A stretch of 64,000 nucleotides of DNA from Lingula anatina. Taxonomy: Eukaryota > Animalia > Brachiopoda. Made by a program: the position numbers and the translations under genes. Numbering within the stretch: position 1 is the stretch's first letter; each line of letters begins with the position of its first letter. Shown here in pieces: positions 1 to 15,000 of the stretch. The stretch spans positions 27,490,503 to 27,554,502 of the forward strand of contig CM120640.1 in assembly GCA_051362555.1 (NCBI GenBank), in the 5' to 3' direction. The notes under the pieces were generated by a model, which worked only from the letters and a program-made list of their open reading frames with translations, did not search any database and had not been told where the DNA came from.

Positions 1-93
1 AAATACTACCTATTAGGATTTTTAATTAACATAAGTACTAAAATATCTAACATTTGGATCACTGGCTATAGTTAAATCAATAAAAAAACTTAC

Positions 94-3000
94 TTGCTGA
101 ATGCAAATAAGTCATCATGTTTTTCCCTCATTTCAAGTACAGAGTTGACAATTCCAATGGCTAATTCAGTCAGTTCAAGCCTGTCTTCTGTTCCATCGAA
201 GGCCATATTAAAAGCTTTGCTAGCAATTGCTAGTGGGGCAAGACAACCTAAACAAAATGAAATCTTAGTTTTGAAAACTATACCCAACTATTAACAAGCT
301 TGATTTTAACCATTATTGATGTCAATGAATATGATTTTATTTGACAAAAACAAATCTCAGTGAAATAAAACAATAATAAACAATTTTAATCATTAATAAT
401 TTGAACACTTTTAACCATCTATGTTCATAATCTCCTCTGCTTCACAGCTGATGATCCTAGCTGCCATTATTTCAATCAAGGAAAGTCTGTCTGTAGATTT
501 AAGATATGGAAGGAGGACCAGCAATGTTTGGACAGTTATTTCATTCAAATCTGCAAATCTGTAAATACAAAACAATCATGATCATGCAATAATCTAAATT
601 TCCTGCAACATCACATTTAATGATATAATTCACTGAAAATGTTTGTCTTCTTCCATCATTCAAAATAGCAAATTATTTGAGAATACAACATTATAATGAC
701 ACTAAAGTGAATAAAGTATCAGGTTTATAAACAATATTATTAAAGGACTGAAAAGAACCTGTCAATTCCCCCAAGGAGGCTCATAACTTCAATATCTGCC
801 AATTCTTCATTCCTCAGTAATACGTCAATGGCCAGGGCACTCATCCCTCCACTGTTCAGTGATCTTGAAATAAAATAGTGACAGACGTTTATGATCTTAC
901 GCATTGTTAGCTTATACAATAAAAACACACTTAATAAATAAACCCAACATAATTTCTTTATTTGCATAATATAAATTCTCTTGAATATAGCTAGGAATAC
1001 TGATATTATAATACAGTCACATAAAATATGAATGCAATAGCATATCATTTGAAGTGTGTTCAAAATATTATAAAACTATTCATATGCATGTTTTGAGAAT
1101 GCTTTTGTTCATACAATTATGATTACAATACAATCATGACATTTGATTCAGCTATAATCCCTTAATATAACAGATTTTCCTTATCATAGTCGTGAAAAAT
1201 AAGAATTAAACACACAACATCCAGTTTTCAACATTTTCTCTCAATCATCAACCCTAAACCAAACAGTTGGAAGGAAGTCATTTACCTTTCTAAACTTGCC
1301 CTGATGATAGTGGTCTTTGTGAGCTGTGACAGTGACTTGTTTATACAGCTGAAGTTTTCATCAGCAATTATCAAGGACTTGTTCAATTCAGAGTGAAAGA
1401 GAGCCTGAAAGAAAGCCAAATAATTATTTGAGAGAAATATATAAACCAAAATTAAAATCAACACATTAACTAAGGAAATAATAGCATTAAAAGTAAATAT
1501 AGGAATTTTTCTCTAAGGCTGTTACGTCCATACAACCAAAGAACTGTTGTAATTTAATAAACATACATGAAAAGAACACATACATGCATGCATGCATGCA
1601 TGCACATGCGCACACACACGATGTACAAAGTAAGTTTTTTCTGCATATCATAGTACCAAATGCACACATATACCTCTCTGTGACATCCCAAACATGCCTC
1701 GCAGTAAGCTACACAATAAGCCAGTTTCACAGTCACAGCACTTAGTCTGGCTGTCATAGCACTGTCTGCATGGGCATCCAATGCACCAACATCAGTAAGC
1801 AGCTTAGATGTGAAGTAGACTGATGGCACACATGGTGGCACGGTTTCTTCATTGACAGGAGAGTCTGTTGGGAAGCTGCTGAACAAAAGGTGTCCACTAA
1901 CCAGGGGCCAGGTTTTCCACTGAAAAATATATAGTAAAAAGTAGCATGGTGGCACTGGAACAAACACAAACACAAAAAAATCCAATAATTCAAACACCAT
2001 AGGTTTACTTAAATTTTAGATATATGTTAACTTGTTAACTTAAATGTAAGATATATCTGTCAAGCGTGTAGTTGTTAACTTTAATTTTTCAAAACCTTCC
2101 CTGTTCATGTACACATTCATTTTATACAAAATACTGAAAATGTGACAATTTTAAAAATTTGCTAAGTACTCCAGGTACCTGAACAATTCCACAGCTTACC
2201 CCATCTTTCACATGCAGTTCTTCATCAGTAACTAACATCTCCACATAAGCCTGGATCAGGGGCGTCCGAAGGGGACCAGCAACAAGTCCTTCATCTTCAA
2301 CCTCATCCTGGATGCTTTCAAAGATTGTATTCACCAATTCCACAGCCAGAGTACACACTGAATTAAGCCTAAATTTAATAATAATACCAGAGCATGAGGG
2401 TCAAAATTAATAATTAATTTTTTTCATGTTTAATTCACTCAGAAGTCTGATATGGCATATGCATGTGGTCTGAAATGTTTTATATAGATTTAAAGGAAAG
2501 GTTACACACGTGCATACACAAAGGCCTTTGTGCATTTATGCACCTATCAACATTATGCACAAATCTAATTTTGAGAGTAAACACCTATTTACAGTTTCAT
2601 TTTCACTTGTATGCCCTTGGTTTATATTAAGGTTATATTACACAGATCAGGCTTTTTGTAAACCATCCATTAAGAGGCTGCATACCTTTCTACAGAATAA
2701 CATTCCTTTCGTACGTAATTTTTCATAAATTCTGCAGCCTTGCAGAAGAATCCTTCCTCTTTGAGCAACCCTCCTTGTTGTAGCACCAAAGCTTTGACTC
2801 CTTGCTTCCAGGTCTTCTTTATCTTTTCGTGTAAATGAGCTGTGGAAAATTAAAATCACATTGCACCATAAACCATTAAAGATTTTAGAAGCTAAAGTGA
2901 AGTCGAGGTTTAAGTCTTCACTTTCCAGTGCAGGCTCACCCCACCTGGTTCTCTGCTCATTTATATCCTTTAAACTGAACATACATTCTTAACTTCTGAA

Positions 3001-6000
3001 TTTACTATTACAGAAAAATACCTCCAGGTAAGAATCATTGTAAAGTAGTTTTTTAATTACCATAGTGGATTCATAATTCTGTGAAAATTTTTACTTCCTT
3101 TTTTCTGTCTTTCAAAAATCTATATTTATTATTATCATTTTGCTTTGTATGTAAAACATTTTGTTTTGCATGTAAAAACATTTTTATAAATGCTACGAAA
3201 GAGGGCATGTGCTCCCTTTCACCAATGCACTCCAAGATCAGCAGTTGTCATTCTGTTTGTTAATATCATGTGAATGCAGCTTTTACCTGCCAAGTTGAGG
3301 TTCCACTGTACACCCAGTTGAAACAGTGAAAGAAGCAGTTCCTCTGTGGATGAAATCATCAGACAATCCTATAATTAACAAAATGCATTGTTGTTTTACA
3401 ATAGTGTTTTTGATGAAAAAATATAACAAAATGAAGCAGAATGTTACACAGAACAAAAGAAGGTATAATAAACATATTCTTCTCGATATTTTCAAGATAT
3501 TATTCTTAATCAAAAACATTTTGTGAAACATACATCTAACAAGTAAGAAAACTTTACGCAGTTTATCAAAATAATCTGTCAAAATATTCCTATGACTTAA
3601 GAAAAATGAATGCACTCTATAAATCTACACAGTGTTAACTGCTACCTGAATGTTGGTGAAGAAGTTCAATGCCACATCACAAACAAATGCCACACATCTG
3701 TTTAATTCTTCAGGACTGGACTGCCACTTGTGGTTTGGACTAGGTAAAGCAGCTCGGATCTTCATCAGCATCTTGTCAATATACTCAGCAGCTATCAGTG
3801 TCTCTGAAACAGAGAACAATGTACTGTTTAAGGTGGGTTTCAATAAAATTTCACATCATGTCAACTTCATTGTCAGATTTCATCTGCACTAGATTCCATT
3901 TTTCACACTCAAGTAAATCTTGGAATCAATAAATAGGGGAAATCCTACAACAAATTTACTAAGATGTACAGCGCTTTGTTAGTATCATATTAACTTTCTT
4001 CTATTTTCATTTAAGTTTTATTTTATGGAAATTCCCACCGTGGTGTAAATAATTTTCACTGCAGTGGAAAATAATTTTCACCGCGGTAGTAATTCCTGGC
4101 CATCTCGGCCCGGGTAATGCATACATGTAGGTAATACGAATCCAACATTTACCAGATGTCTGGGAAGGAAGTGAAAATTCCATAGAATAAAACTTAAATG
4201 AAAACAGAAAAAAGTTAATATGATACTAACAGAGCGCAGTAAAGATGATTATTATCCATCAATTATTCTTTCTGTAGAATCTTTCCCTACCATGTGCATC
4301 ATCAGTAGTGAGGGCCAGGGTAAGCAGTGACCAGGACGCATCCACATCCCTCTGGCTCCTCTCATCGCCACCATTACCAAGACACTCCTGACACAACTCC
4401 TCAGCAAACAGCACCACCTTCTCTCCAAACACCTTGCTCTTCATCCACTGTTTGAATACGGTATCTTTGAAACCCCTCAGTCTTTCCACCAACATTTGGA
4501 ACACAGCAGGGTGGTCTATTTCCTGAAAAAAAGGCGTTCAGGCACTTTGTTAGCTGAGAAATTTCTTGCAATTAAACCACAGAGCATGTAACAATCTTTT
4601 TTGAATACTAAATTGCACTGTAACAGGCAGAGTCAGAAGGCACACACATTTACTTAATTTGTTCACTCTTTTGAGTATTTGACATATGCACATACCTCAC
4701 AAAGTGTCAAGAGTATGTTCTTTCTTGTATCCACATCTGCAGATCTGTACACTGACAACAGAATGTCCACCAGTTTGCTTAAATCATGGCCAAATTTATC
4801 AGAGTCTCCTTCCAAATGTTTGAGTTTGGACAGCAGTCTCTCTTTGAAGAACACTAGTTCCACCTGCTCAAAACAAAATAGTAAATGCACACATTTCCTT
4901 CAACTTGCCAAATGTTCCAAATGGAATAAAACCACTATAGACAGCATCACTGCAAGTATAAAAAGCTTTTTTTTAAACTATCAATTATCAAGAAATTTTT
5001 ACCAAATTTGATGAATAACTGGAATTATGCAATACTAAAGGGCAGTTCCAAAATAAATTTTGATCCAAAAATATATTCTTTACCTCTGAGGTTTCTGGCC
5101 GTCTTGTAATACTATCTGAGCACAGATGCATGAAGAGTGTCTTCCCTCCATACGTGATACACATTCTAGAAAGGAATGTCAAATAAACTCCAGAAAAGGT
5201 CTTTGCAGAGGTGCAGCTTAGTTCATAAACTATCTGCATTAGTGGACTTTCTATATTGAGCAAAGAATCCGGTTGAACAATAACCTCTTTCTCTGGAACT
5301 AGATGCTTTTCTTCAGCAGAAACATAAGGCAGGTCAATGTCAAAGTCTTTCTCATTTGTGTCACTGAAGTGAATTTTACTAGTCTTCTTTTTCTGCATTC
5401 TACCAGGTTGCGACTTCTTGAAGGACTCCAAAAATGTTCCAAATCTGTCCAAAATAAATCCTAATGTTTTACAATCATGCGACCTGACAAACCAACTTCT
5501 GCACTGGGACTTTAAGTTATCCCAAAAAAGATTTGATGTTTGAGCCCACAATGTCCTTTTTTCTTCATCCTCTGCACAGTGACTCTGTTTGTGTATGTAC
5601 TGTGTTAGGTCCACTACCAGGGAATACAAGGGGGAGCTGGACAGAGGACTTTTCGCTTCATAAAATGAGGCTTCTAGTAGTGGTATAAGCTAAGAAAAAA
5701 AAATGAAATGTGAGGTAACTTTATTATGACAGAATCTTTATCATTGTCAAATCAAATAAGACAAAACAAATCTTTCCACTTTTAAAAAAGTTCAACATCT
5801 AATTCAATACAACAATGCACCTTTTCTGGATTAAAACAGCCATTTAATGACTATTTAAAAACAAAAAAATCAGCATTGCAATTTATTAGTTTCTAATCAG
5901 AGAATAAACTGGTAATGTTAAGGATTGGCACATACCCAGTATTAATGTATGTAAATTGCTGGTTTGATGGTCAAATATCGTCATTATAACCATCCATCAA

Positions 6001-9000
6001 TGTATTGATTAAACACAAGTGCCTGTTTTGCAATGGCAGCAATGATTTAACACAGTGTTAATTGAGGTTAAGAGCAAAAGTAACCCAATTCTTCTTTTGG
6101 AATGAAAGTCCCGTGAAAACTTTTGTGTTTTCATGAATAGTTCTGAAGAATACATACAGAAAATCAATGCTTGCTTTTATAATTCTTGGGAAAATAGACT
6201 ACTGTTGCCAGCCAGGGTCTTGATTCTCAAAGAATTTCAGGTTAAACAGTCTTAGGTGTCTGCTAAGACCCTAGGCAGACTTAGTTACTGTCTTAAAACT
6301 ATAAGGTCAAACTTTTATTGTCATAAAATTGATCATAGCCTAACTCAAGCCTTTTTGGGGAAATCAACTATAATTATTGCAGGCTTTTTTTTTTTTTGTG
6401 AAGCTATGATAGAATGGCAATGCTAAGCCCAGTACATAAATTATGTATTAATACTTGCAATTAACAATACTTGCAAATTCATGATATTCAGTATCCATTG
6501 ACAATATATGACAAGGCTCAATAAATTAGAATTGTTTTCAGGGAGTTTCTATGGAAATCCCTGAAAGAATGCCATTAACAAGTATAACTGATTAAATTAT
6601 AAAAACGCTAAATGCACAAGGAAGTCTATTAAGGTAGCAATAGCTGTTTAATATCAAAGCAGACCAGCACTTGCAGCATAGCAACAGAGATGACAAACTG
6701 ATACAGTTCTTGGCAGAGCAGTGCATCAATTCTTCAATTACCAAGTTTACAAAGCTTAACAATATAATCCTACAATTTAAATAAGAGTAGCACAGACATA
6801 TGAAAAGTAACCACCATTTCTTCAATTCAGCTGCATATAGACCATACATTCATGTACAAAAACACACAAAAAACTTTACTCTGAAGATACTAGGCCCTAA
6901 GTCAAATTATATTCATGCAGATGACATTAATTTTGCAGTAAAATTGCCTCTCTATATTATTATTATTTATTATTTAATCATAAAATCAGTTTTTAAAAGA
7001 TGCGCACAGCTGGTAACAAGGACTATACTGGATATGACTTTAATTACAAAAATATCTGTGTCTGTATAAAAAAATGGCCTTTTTGGGGAAACGAACCTTA
7101 TTTAGCTTCAAAAACTATCATTTTTAAATTACCAAAGCTGTTAATACCCATTCCCTAGATTTTAATTTCAATTATTATTATTATTTTTACCAAAACAGCA
7201 AATATTCAATCTCTGCCATATCAATTTTACACTCAACAAAAGTATACAGAATGTCAACCTTAACAAACTTTCATTTTCCTTTGTGGAAAAGATGTAAATT
7301 TTTAATGCAAAATGCATGTTAAGAGCAATTGAAAACCTGATTTTACCTGCAATATTGATTGCACACCAATGGAAAACCTTTAAAATAGCTTATATAAACA
7401 CTAACATGATATCTACATTTACACTCAGTAAGAATGGCAATTTATAGCAATTTGCGTTCCAAGGAATATGGTTTGTAAAAAAAAAAAGAGTCACTGTAGA
7501 GTCTCAGTGACTATGCAGCCATAGCTATTAAATACAAAGATGGGAAAGACTATGGAATGATTATGCAACATAGAGTACTGCACAGTTGGTGGTACAACAT
7601 GAAAAATCACAGCACCATCAAACAACTTGTTTTAGCTACTAAAGAAAGTGCTCATTTTTGCATGGAGAAGTGTTCACCTCAAAATAAGTGATGAATAAAA
7701 AGTATTGATACCTTCACATAATTCGAGCTAAGCACCTGATGTCTATAATACTAATAATTCACCTCACTCAGACGGGCAGCTCTATAACTGACAATTTGCA
7801 GCACTTTAATTTGTATCAATAGCTTTTGTCATGCATAAATTATGTCATACATACACCAGAAACCAACTGACAATTTGCTACAACATCTAGTTAATTGAAA
7901 TACATGGCAACTACTGCCAGACTCTTTTTGTGCTGCAGTGTACTGAAAATCAAATGGAATAATAATAAATGAACTCCAGAAAGATAACTGACTGATGAAC
8001 AATATATTTTAAGTGCTCAAACACACCACAAAAATGGCAGAATCTATAGCCTCTAAATTAATATTTCCATTTGGACAAACTTATGAAATAGTCATTTATG
8101 TTTTTTATGACATCTGTATCACTGAACCTAACATACACAATGGATTATCCCCTTTTCTTGCCTTTATTCCTGTCACAGGACTTGAAAACCATTTGTTTGA
8201 CTTATTGATTTGTGACATGTACAGCTTGCTATTCCCAAGTCGATTTTCTCCAGAAGACAGCACAGCCATTTCTCAGTACACACCCCGGCACTGCAGGCGA
8301 GTCTAGGATTTCTCTTAGAAATCATGTAATTTTGGAAACTAAATTAATTTTTCTGAGGTAAGGTTTAATTGGAAGAAACTATCAATTACAACTTAAGTTG
8401 AGTTCAAAGAGATGCAAATAGATCATTGGGTATTTCAGTATAAATCCACAGAAGGCCAACATTTAGAAATTCTTAGATTGTACATCCAAATCAACTTACT
8501 TTTTTTTCATTTTGATGCTTATCATACATCCATTATTTTACAAAGTGCTCCCACCACCATATGCTTTCAGGTGGTTGAAAAAAACGTGTGTACATGCATG
8601 AAAGAGAGAAAGAACACAGCTAAACCAGATTTCATTCTTTCAGTCTGAACTTGTCAGTGAGGTCTTATAATAATTTAAGTTTTCTTCTATTTAAGGCAAA
8701 CAATATCCAGAGTGTAAAATGGCTACAAATGGAGCAAGCGTCATCCAGGATGAATTCTTAACATGCCCACTGTGCATGAATGACTTTGATTACGATAAAC
8801 ACCAACCCAAAATCCTGCACTGCCACCACACATTTTGTCTCCACTGTCTTGACCAGCTCTTGAAAAACAACAGCCTCCCCTGTCCGACATGCCGAGGGGT
8901 GATGCAGATACCCGCAGGCGATGCCAACAAAATCCCCAGCGACTTCAGAATTTCTCGTCTTATGGAATTATTTGGAAGCAACAAAGCGGAAGAGTCTGAT

Positions 9001-12000
9001 CAAGCAGAGAACTGCTGCAGGAGGCACGCCAACCAAGGTTTGTTTTTCTACTGTAAAACCTGCTCTGTGCCAGTGTGTAGAGAGTGCACAGTACTGGATC
9101 ACAACAAGAGTGAGGGCCACAACCTGGTTGACTTTGAGACAACCAAGGCTGAAATTCTGAGTACACTGAAAGAAAACATGGCAAAGCTTCACAAAGTTGC
9201 ACTTACCACCCAGAATCATTTGCAGAAGTTGGAAACAGAAATATCTGCTGTTGACGCTGTGGAGGAAGCATCTTATAAAGAATCTGAATTGGCATTTAAT
9301 ACATGGGTCAAGATGTTGGAAGAAAGGAAAGGGGAACTCAAAGAAAACATTAAGAAAGAACATGGTGAGAAAATTGCCAAGCTGAGCCTCCTAAAACATG
9401 AATTAAATAAGCAAGCAGCCAGTGCAACAGAAATCCAAGAGAAACTGGAAACCATGACCAAGGAATTGAATGCTGGTAAGTCATTGTCCAGCAATCTGAC
9501 TGACCTTATAAAGAAAGTGGACCTGCTGGCGAAGAAAGCTGGTGGGAGAATATCCTTTGGGCAAAATTCTTTTCACATTGATGCTTCTCAAGGTCTGACA
9601 AATTTCAAGACAGCTGTCAACTCCCTAGGCATGTTGAAATCAGAGGGCCACCTTCCAAGTCATTTCTCCTTTGAGTCAAGCAAATCGGTAGCCTGCCTGA
9701 AATCAACCGTTACCATGACAGCATATGACAGTAACCACCAAAGGCTACCAAAGCTTCCCCTTAGCCTTGATGTCTGGTCAATAGACATAGCAGGTGACAA
9801 TGAAGAGAACTTGGTGATAAAAGAGCAAACCAAGACGAATGTAAAGCCGGACAAGTCAGATATCTCTGGCAGTTACACATTCACCGTCCGTCCAAATTTC
9901 TGTGGAATACACAAGTGTCAGGCGAGGCTATCAGATCAACTCCTGGCCATTGCTGATTACATATTTGTTGCTGAAGCAAACCTGCCAATTAAAACTTTAA
10001 GAGAGGGTTTTCATTATCCACTTGCTGTTTGCAAAGCAGAAAAAGGCGCCATTGTCGTTGTAGACAAAGAAAAGAAAACTGGGCAGTTTGCAAAGTTTGC
10101 TGACGAAACTGGTGCCATTACCAAATCCTTTAAACTTGATGCTGCAAAAGAAGAACTGGTCCTCCACATTGCTTACAACTCGAAGAAAAAGGAACTAGTC
10201 TGCATGAGGGTTCGTGAAGCTGAAGATGGGGCTGATATCCCAAAAGGCAACACCATCAATATCTATGCTGAAGATGGCAAAATGATAAAAGAGATCACAC
10301 ACCCATCCCTGAAATCTGCCATCTTCTTCAGCCTCGGCCAAGATGGAAGGATTTATGTTACAGATGAATCCCAGAAAATCATTGTCTTCGACAGCAATGG
10401 AGTATTTGAGAAAAACATAAAATTCAAAAGCAACATCATGGCATTTGCCAGTGGCAACAGGGCATTTGTTGCCATAAAAACCAATGGAATTGAGATTCTG
10501 GATCAAGAAGGTTCTTTTGTTCGAGAAATTTTGAGTTTTAAGGTCAGAAAATCCAGTGTTAGAAAGATCATGGCTCCTGCTGCAGCTGCAGCAGATTCAT
10601 ACGGTCAAGTTCTTGTTGCAGATATTGTGAGTGATGATCAAGTTACTGTTCATATATATAATATGGAAGGCAAATTTGAGGGGTGTATTGACAACATTTC
10701 TCAATATTACCCCATTGGCAGACTCAGTATCACAGATGATGGTCTCTTGCTGATCCCAAACACCAAAAAAAAGTGCATAGACATATTCAAATATATGTAA
10801 ATCAAGATACTTGGCAACTGTTTTTTTGCCCTTAAACATAACAATGACTTTTAAGTAGTTTGGTAACAATACTACCAGTGTTAGAAATTAACACTGGACC
10901 ATCTGCCCGGAGCCAACAACTTTCAGAACAGGCTGAGAAGTTTTCCCACCCGACAGACATTCAAGCCAGCTACTTTTCTAGATGGCTGAACTTTCGGTCC
11001 AGCAACTAATTTTCCTAAGAGGCAAATACTGATTACTAATAATGCATGGTTAACTACTTAAATTTGTGTTGAACCAGGTTGTATTCTATGTTTATATATA
11101 ATGAAGCAACTATTTATCTATATGTGATAATTTCTTTACAATTAAATCAAATACAGTCATCGTTAAGTGCTCTATCAATGTCTCAAAGACCGGGTCCATA
11201 TCAGATCTAATTTTTTGGGGTCAATGCTGGATGCAGTTACAGCTTGATAGAATATGATCAATATTCTGTGAATGGAAGTCATTACCGTGTTGCCCAATAA
11301 TGCATCAAAACACCAGAAAAACAAATTTAACTCGGTGCAAAACCATCAGTACATGGATTGTGTTTCACTAATGCTTTATTGATTTTTCCTGAAACAAGCC
11401 TTTAATCTTTAAATGAAGGAAGTTAACAAAGCTTTTTTTTTTTTTTTTTTTTTTTTTACTCAGTAAGTATGTACTCATTTTATGTTCAAGAAATAGAACA
11501 ATTGATATCACAGGCAGCATGATGAAATGATGGGCATAAAATTTGTTGTATTGTCTCAGAGAGCAGACAGCTAATTCATGGGACTGTCAAGTCTTGGCTC
11601 TAATATAAATGACAAGTATCTCTATCTGGGCAACTGTCCCACATCAGTGCCTGCATAAGTGAAGCATAATTGAAGACCAAATTCTGTGCTTTTTTATGAG
11701 ACTGGAGACTGCATGTTTTATTTCATATCTGCTAATAAAAATCAATTTTTGTGCTTATTCTTTTTATTAGGCTTTTTTTTCAGTTCACCTCAGATTAGTG
11801 CATTTAAATCGCTAGATTTGGCATTATCAACCATTATTAAACAGATGTTAATATATGTATCTGCACATCCACGATACTGGATAACAACAATGGGTTATCA
11901 TCTTTGGAAGTCTGTCAGAATATTCCTATGTGTTGGATTACAATGAGGGTGCTTTCATGTGAAAGGGGGTGGATTTGTCTTATTATAACAAACAATTTTG

Positions 12001-15000
12001 TGTTTCCAATGTTGAAATTTTGATGCCCATGTCCCACTGTTGTTACCCAGTATCGTGGACCTGCAGATATGTATTTTTTCCTTTTTCTAAAAAAGAGCAT
12101 ATGCCATAAATTTGCAGTATGTTTTACCTGATCTAAAATGATGTGTTTCTGAAGTTCGCTTGAATCGCCAAGTTTCTGAACAAGACAATAACGCAAGCAC
12201 TCTATCATGGCTTTGACTATGGCTGCCATTTCACTCGGACTTTGTTGTACCCTTCCTTCACATAGGCTGAAAAAAGAAGTCCCACAATTAAACTTTTTTT
12301 TCACATTTTCTATATTATCTGAATTCGCCATTCATTTTGTTTTTTATGACAAAAAATAGCTTCAAAGGAAAGTACTTTAAAATACCTTAAATTGCTTTAA
12401 AATGAATAGTTTAAAAGCAAAATGCAATTTAATAACAATACATACATGCAGTAAGTTTAAGTTATATTGTTAACTTTGCATTCCTTCCACAATGAACCCA
12501 CAATTTGTGATCATGAAAAATAATAAGTAATTTCTAAAGAGACTAACAATGTTTTCTACCTAAGGCATGCTGTTTTTACCATTCATCAAAAAGCTTTGAT
12601 AACATGACTGACTTGTCAATGTGAGCTCCAGAAGTTAGGGAGCATTTAATTTTTTATCACCAATGCATGTAGGACAATGCAAAACCCATCTCACAACGAA
12701 CTGTCAGTCACAATGAGCTTCTCACCTAACACACTGCCTCTGGAGTACGACAACTCAGTTCAATACAACAATCAAGTCTATGCAGGAGACCAACGTGACC
12801 ACGAAAAATATCTGTTACTTTGTGGAACTTTATACTAGTACATACCCTATTTTGATATTGCCAAAAAATTCTTGAAAGAATCCTGTCCCTTCTCCTATGA
12901 TTTCTTCTGGAATCTTGCTCAGCAAAGGCAGCCAGTTTGGGCAAATCACACCAGCTGATCCACTTCCTCCAAGTTTCATCACTTTCCAAAGCTTTGGAAG
13001 AACCCCCTTTCTGGGATTTACATTAGACCAACAGTCCTGTTAGAAAGTTGAAACAGCTTTAATATAATGATGCTTTCTTTCAAAAAGTTTTTCATTGTCC
13101 TGCCATCAAAATAACATTTATAAAAGATTAAGAAACGGCATAAAGAAAAAGGAACAAGGCAGCAAAGCTGTCAAATGTACAGACAAAAAACAGAAAAAAA
13201 AGATGCAATATAGGTCGTTTTGTCAATTTTGATGCAATAATATATGCTTATAATAGCACAGTCAGTCAACACTGATTTTTAATCATGCACAACAGGTAAC
13301 ATGGTCAATAACAGGAGCAGATCCAGAGATATTTTCTGACAGTATTCCAAAGTATCTTTGTTGATCCATCCTCCATTTTGATGGTCTTCCAACAGAAACC
13401 CGTAAATATAAACTTAAAAATCTGACTGTCTTCCAGGAGACCCAGAAAATGGTCTCAATCAATCCCCTTCAATAAGATTACAGTTTCAGGACCATGAGAG
13501 TTAAAATTCACATGATGAAAGTCCCAATATATGAAAAATGATGACAGTGCATAAAATAATATTACAGCGTGTTTAAAGACATAAATACCAATACAACTGC
13601 TTATGTGGAAATACTGAAAATGTGCAGAGCCTCAGGTGGATGGGAGTTAAATATCACATCTTAAAAATGCCAGTGTTGGAGAAAAAATTAAAAAGAAAAC
13701 AACAAAAATATAATTCCAATGAAGCTGCTATTCACTGCTTCCTTATTAAGGACACTATGTTATCTAGCAGAGAGCTTAACCTTTGGGAGTTTACAGGGAA
13801 ATATCAACAAGTGTGCTTTATGAAATTTCATTTAATGGCCGCTTAATTAGGCAAATGAGTTTATAGCACTGAAATTAGCCTAGTGAATACCCAAGGGGAA
13901 TTTACAGACTGACCACACAAATTTGTCTATCAAAGGTCTTCAGGCCCATAAGTCACACCTTAAGAAAAGCAGAAAACAATAATGCACAAAATAAAACAGG
14001 AGACTACCAATTCTGATGCAATAATACATTATGTTTAACTGCACAGTCAACATCAAATTTTAACAAGACAGCACTGTTCTGAAATGTTTTATTTCCATTT
14101 TTAACATTTTTTAACATAAAACAAAATTAACAGTTTACTGCCATTTTTATATGATCAACTAAGAAAATTGATGAGATGGGAAAAATATCAATAGAGCAGT
14201 GTTAAATGTCCAATTTCTTCCATTCTGAGATTCTGAACATAGTGAATGATTGAACCTGACAAACTGCAATGATATGAGTTTATTTCCATTTTTGAAACTT
14301 TATTACACAATACATGATAACAAGTTTACCATCATTTTTACAAAATCAACTAACAATGTTGTAAAGATGCAGGAAATGTCAAACAAACACTTTTACGTAT
14401 CTTATTAATTAAATAATGAAACTGTTAACATGTCTAAGAATTGAATCTGAGGAAATGTGAAAAAACAGCATAACTTCTAAAATAATGGCCCGATTATGCT
14501 GATTTTTTTAACTCAACCTGTGTTTTAGCAGGATTGACCACTCCTGTGAGTTAATGACAATTGGCCTGTCTGTTTTTCTTATATTGTGTTTACAATGTTG
14601 CATATATGCTGAAAAGTGAAAAAAAAGCATAACTACTTAAATAGTGGCCTGATGATGACGGTTTTCGAACTTGACCTGCGTTTTAGTAAGATCGATTACT
14701 CCTGTGAGTTTCATGACAACAGGCCAATCAGTTTTCCTTGAAATGTGTTTACAGTGTTGCATATATGCTGAAAAGTGAAAAAAACAGCATAATTTCTACA
14801 ATAATGGCCCGATCATGCTGATTTTCGAACTTGACCTGCGTTTTATGAATATTCATCAGCTCTGTAAATATAAAGCCAAAAATTAAAACTGCCTTCCACT
14901 TATCATGTTTACAAGGAAAGTGCACGGCGCCGGCGACGGAAACGACAACGACAGACGCAGGTGATGGCAATATGTACAGACACATCTGTGTCTGTACATA

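Noticed and set aside
8246-8320. STAT-like TTC..GAA motifs upstream of the TRIM gene
   Set aside because: Non-canonical spacing, and expected by chance in AT-rich DNA.
8790-10869. Several minus-strand and off-frame ORFs overlapping the TRIM gene
   Set aside because: No recognisable motifs and not needed for the LTN1 frame, since exon 12128-12266 joins 5084-5689 in phase.
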